This document shows, one piece after another, positions 59,052 to 64,000 of a stretch of DNA of 64,000 nt. The position numbers and the translations under genes were made by a program. The notes beneath the pieces are model-generated. The model did not search any database and had not been told where the DNA came from. It worked only from the letters and a program-made list of their open reading frames with translations. The number at the start of each line of letters is the position of its first letter. Positions within the stretch are counted from its first letter, which is position 1. The stretch is from NCBI GenBank assembly GCA_043228905.1, contig JBHGNT010000013.1:14694001-14758000 (forward strand). The letters are read 5' to 3'. This DNA comes from Azolla caroliniana (Eukaryota; Plantae; Polypodiophyta).

Positions 59052-62000
59052 TGTAAAGAATAGCGTGTGGAAGCAATAGGAAATCAAATGCAGAAAATAC
59101 GCAGGTTTAATGGAGAGCTTCTATATGCACAGTATACGGGAGAGATAAAGAGAGCACACATAAAACAAAACTCGATTCAAAATAATACTCAATCTGTACA
59201 TAGGATGTGCTTAGTGAGCACTTTTATACAAGTCCATACAGACTGACAGAAGTACTGACATGTACTTCAATGCTCATAACTGAGCTCTACGCTAACTCCC
59301 AAAATATATTCCTACGTGGAATATCTTTCCAACGGCCTCGCAGTTTACTCACCGCTACAGCTTCTCGTTACACATTGGTTTGCGTACTGGTTTACGCACC
59401 CATTTTACGCACCGATCCAGCCTAACCAATCGGCCCCAACCGATCCGGTTCTCGGCTTGCATAGCCGATCCGGCCAATGTTGAGCTTGTATCTCAACACT
59501 CCCCCTCAAGCTCAACTTGAGGTTCCATCTGCTCTTCCGGATCTGCTCTCCGGTTCCTTCTGGCTTCACGCCTCGCTTGCGCTCCTCGACCCGTTCGATT
59601 CCGCACGCCTCGACCCTTTCGGTTGGCTTGTCTCCTCACACGACCCTTCTTAGCTTCCTTGTTGTTGCGGTGTTGGCGTCTCTTCTGTTGCCTTCTTTTC
59701 CGCTTGGCCCTTGGTTGATTCAGCGTATCCGAATCAAACATCTGAACTGACTCGGCTTCCTCCGATCGGTTTTCGCTCTCGTCCGAGTTGGCTATCTCCA
59801 ACTCGTCCTCGGTCTTCTCGCCCTTGGTTGGCTTTGGCCCTTTCTTCCAACTGCTCCCCTTATGTCTGCTTCCAGAATCTTCCGCGGGTCCGCCCTCGAC
59901 TTCTTCAGCCGATTTGAAATTGAAATCGTCATCCGACTCGGCGTCGCGGTCTTCGTCTTCCGGAAATTCTCTCCCTCTTCCGTGGTCATTCGTCCCGTCT
60001 CTCCCCCTCAAGTTTGGCACGTCGAGGTGACACAACCCAAGCGCACCCGAGAATTGCCGCAACTTGGCCAAACCAAGAGGCTTGGTGAAGATGTCGGCGT
60101 TCTGCCGATCCGTCGGAACATACTGAAGTTCGACTTCACCGGAGAGGACACGCTCACAGACGAAATGGTAGTGCACCTCAATGTGCTTAGTTTGGGCGTG
60201 GAAGACGGGGTTCTTAGCTAGCTGGATGCTGCTGAAGTTGTCTCAGTAGATTGTCGTTGGATCGGGTACCTCCACCTGCAGATCCTTAAGTAGCCGCTTC
60301 AACCATATGGCTTCGCATGTCGCGACAACCGCTCCTCTATACTCGGCTTCGGTGCTCGACAATGCAACTATTGGCTGCTTCTTGCTACTGCACGCGATTG
60401 CGACACTCCCGAGAGAGAACGCGAAACCGGACGTGGATCGGCGATCGCCGGCGTTTCCAGCCCAATCAGCATCGGTATAACCAACCAACTGCACGGCGGT
60501 ATCGGCCCGATATAGTAGCCCCTGTTCCTTAGTGCCACTAACGTACCAGAGTACGCGTTGTGCGCAATGAAGGTGCTCCTCGGTCGGTCGTGCCATGAAC
60601 TGACTAATCACCCCGACCAGGTAGCTAAGATCTGGTCGGGTGATGGTCAAATATATAAGGCTTCCGACTATCTGTCGGAACCTCGTTGGGTCGCATACCT
60701 TTCCAGAATCGGGGGGAAGCTTGACGGTTCTATCTAGAGGAGTTGAGACGGACTTACAATCGGCCATCCCGAATTTGAAGAGCATATTCAGCGCATAATG
60801 ACGTTGGTTGATCAATATGCCTTCGGGGGTACAGATCACTTCGATCCCGAGGAAGTAATGAAGGTCCCCCAGATCCTTCATGTCGAATGATGCCGCAAGC
60901 TGGAGCTTCACGTGGTCTATCTCACCTAGGTCGGCGCCGGTGATGACCAAGTCATCAACATAAAGTAGAATACTAACCGGCCTGAGTTGACCTTTCCGGA
61001 TGAATAGTGAGGAGTTCGATTTTGACGTCACAAAGCCCATCCGACGCAATCGTTGCATGATCTTCATGTTCCAGGCATGCGGGGCTTGCTTTAGTCCGTA
61101 AAGGGACTTCTTCAATCGGCACACCGCCGAAGTGTTCGTTCCGGAGTGAAATCCGGGGCGCTGTACCATGTACACCTGTTCCTCAAGCTCACCTTGTAGG
61201 AATGCATTCCTTACATCCATTTGATGTAAATGCCACCCCTTTGCCGCAGCGATTGCGACCAAAACACGGACGGTCGTCATCTTCATGACAGGCGCAAACG
61301 TCTCATCGTAGTCGATGCCGTGTTTCTGCGCATAGCCTTTTGCTACTAACCGGGCCTTGTAGCGGTTGACCGAGCCGTCAATGTTTTACTTGACCTTGTA
61401 CACCCACCTACATCTGATCGGCTTCACACCTTTCGGTGTGTCAATTAGGTCCCAGGTTTCATTCTCCGCCAATGCGCGCATCTCTTCCTCCATTGCGGCA
61501 CGCCAATTCGCATCCTGCGCCGCTTCTGCATAGCTCTCCGGCTCATGCACTTCTGCTACACGCATCATGTACGCATAGTGATGCGTCATGTACTCGTTGT
61601 AACCAAACCGCACAACAGGGTTCTTCTGGCGGGTTGATCGGCGTAATTGCTCATTAGCCGATGTTGAGGCTTTCATGGCCGACGCAAACTTTGCTCTCAA
61701 AGACCCGTCGTCACTTCCCTCAGAGTCGGACTCGTGTCGATCCAACTTGTTCCTATCCGTGCCGTAATCCGACACCTTCTTCTTCCCTTTTTCTTTGCGC
61801 GTAAGCCGTCTCCTCGGCTTCCTACATGGGGAATGAACGAACGAGTCTCCACTACTCACCGGCTCTTCATTGGATTGGTCGAACCGACATAGTTGTCCAT
61901 TTAGTCCACTTAACCGAAACGAAATCAGACTCTCTTCGTGGGTCCTGATTTCAGGCTCATTCGGAGGCATCTCGGCCTCGCTAACCTCATCATCGGAGCT

Positions 62001-64000
62001 CGGATTGGAGGTGAGCTCTGGAGTCGGAGGCAAGTACCAGGACGTGGACTCGTCAAACACAACGTCATGGCTCACGCGCGCTTGTTTGGTGCGAGGGTTA
62101 TAACACTTATAACCCTTCGGCTCGTCCGAGTAGTCGACCAAGATACACTTCTCGGCTTTCGCGTCCAACTTACTCCATTTCTCTTTCGGTACATGCACAT
62201 ACGCAATGCTACCGAAAACTCTCAAGTGTCGTAGATTCGGCTTCCTTCCGAAATACTGCCCATGCGCCGACACTTTGTCTCTGATCCGATTCTGGATGTA
62301 TACTGCAGTTCGTACCGCCTCGGCCCAATAGAACTTGGGCAAGCTCTTCTCCTCCAGCATTGCCTGTGCCGCTTCTACAATTGACCGGTTCTTCCTCTCT
62401 CCGACACCGTTTTGCTCTGGTGTGTATCTACAATTGAATTCGCGCCGAATTCCCATCTGTTGTAGAGAGCCGTTGAATTGACCGGATAAGTATTCTTTTC
62501 CGCCATCCGACCGCAGGCACTTGATCTTTGGTCCTGTTTCCGTTTCCACGAACCCTTTGAGGTCCTGGAAACAGTCAAAGACTTCACTCTTCTTCTCGAT
62601 GAGATAGATCCACGTGTGCCGCGTATAGTCATCGATGAAGGAGACAAAATATCGACTCCCGCCAAGACTAACGTTCTGTGTCGGCCCCCATACATCGGAA
62701 TGTATCAAGTCGAGCTTGTTCCGGCTCCGGTTATGCTCGTTGGGGAAAGGATGTCGGTGTTGCTTCCCGAGTTGGCAGGCTTCACAAATTCGTGCTTTTC
62801 GGCCACTAAATTTGGGCAATCTGAACACCACCTGTTTCGATTGCAGGTCCTGAAGCCATTGATAGTTGACGTGGCCTATCCGCTTGTGCCATAAGTCGAT
62901 ATTTGACTTGACTTTTTGTCCTTTTGCGAACATTGCGGTGCCACCGTCACTAGAGTCGAGGATAAACATCCTCCCGTCTCTGTGCCCTTGCGTAATAACT
63001 CGGCCTTCTTCTTCGATGAAGCACCCGAGATGCGTGAATCGGACTTGCATCCCCTGGTCGACGATCTGCCTGACCAACACCAGATTCTTTGTGATTGTGG
63101 GGACGTTGTCGCGTTGTTATGCGCGTACGTGTGGAAGGGGCAGGACCACGGGGGTCTTGGACTAGGGAGTAGAGGAGAAAGAATAAGACACAAAATGGGA
63201 GCTTAGCTCAAGAGGAGGTGAGAAAGAATAAGACAATAACATAGAATAGACGGGGCAAGATGCTCAAGAAGTTAGCTTAAGGAAACATAAACGCTTTACA
63301 ATGGTGGCCGCCATGGCCGCACCAAACAACTATGAGAAAACCCTAAAGGAAAACCCAAGAAGAAACCCTAAAACCGAATAGGAAACCCTCGACCTAAGTG
63401 GTATGCCTCTCTCCCTCAAAATAGGCAACCTCTTCATAAGTGACCCCTCCCTTCCTTTTATAGCCCAAGGAGGGAGGAACCTTATAATGTGGGATAAAAT
63501 TTCCCCTCTTATTTCTATACACCATTTCCTAGTATACATGTGCACATGGTGCACACCACCGATTTGCTTATTCCACCCCGTTTCCGCCTATGGACGAAAA
63601 TCTTCATGACAACGTGTAACACGTTCATAAGTTTCCCTTTCTACCCGACATGGCTCAAGGGAACTTCACCGACATTCGCGATCGGATGCGGAGTGTTGTC
63701 TCCGGTTGCGACTACTCCCGGTTGCATTGGTTTTTCTAGGTACGAGAACCACTCCTTGTGGCATGTCATGTGGTTTGACGCACCGGAGACAATGTACCAC
63801 ACCTCGTCCGATTTTGGGGTGGACATCTTCATAGAGTTCGCTTTGGGTCTCGTCACGAAGGTTGACCCTTTTCCGGCTTTTTCGGACCCTTGGCGTAGTG
63901 CGATCGCTGCCAATTTCCTTTGTTGGTTTGTCCGGAGCCTGATCCGGATCCGGTCCTCTCTGAATCGACATCGGCGTGCTTCTTCCAGCACTCTCTCTCC
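59052..64000 (-). mobile_element. Ty1/copia element C (related to copia A); 3' LTR 59052-59498, pol with few lesions; continues past the right edge
   Basis: LTR TGTAAAGAA...CTCAACA with PPT CTTGAGGGGGAG at 59510-59499. Motifs include PR (WYIVSGASNHMT), GAG-pre-INT (LWHKRIGH...CEACQLGK), INT (LRSDGGKEY), RT (LLYVDDL) and RH (YTDADWAG). Confidence 0.93.
63107..63611 (-). mobile_element. Solo LTR (505 bp) related to the 34709-40039 LTRs, 4-bp TSD ACGT
   Basis: The minus strand starts TGTCATGAAGATTTTCGTCCATAGGCG and ends CTAGTCCAAGACCCCCGTGGTCC...TAACAACGCGACA, matching both ends of the tRNA-Trp element LTR. Removing it restores copia C NVLHVPTITKNL. Confidence 0.9.

Overview
Eukaryotic plant nuclear DNA, most likely from a non-seed vascular plant such as a fern. 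This is inferred from the Tcn1-type chromovirus, the RTEX-type LINEs, the Copia gag type and the abundant GA/CT microsatellites. Three host genes are recognisable. (1) The first two coding exons of an LRR receptor-like protein on the minus strand (973-1279; not in the ORF track). (2) A three-exon DRB2-like double-stranded RNA-binding gene (11921-15059). (3) A six-exon TOC1/PRR1-like clock gene (51655-54315) whose promoter is rich in evening elements and DRE/ABRE motifs and whose receiver domain keeps the phospho-acceptor Asp. Most of 19.3-49.8 kb and 57-64 kb is a nested retroelement stack that can be resolved by target-site duplications (TSDs). An L1 LINE is interrupted by a Copia (itself holding a Tnt1/Tork-like Copia), a solo LTR, and a self-priming Tcn1-like chromovirus (itself holding a pol-less, tRNA-Trp-primed element with a 120-bp tandem array). 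A near full-length RTEX-like LINE carries a solo LTR. At the right edge is a four-level nest. All calls come from manual reading of the sequence; no searches were run.
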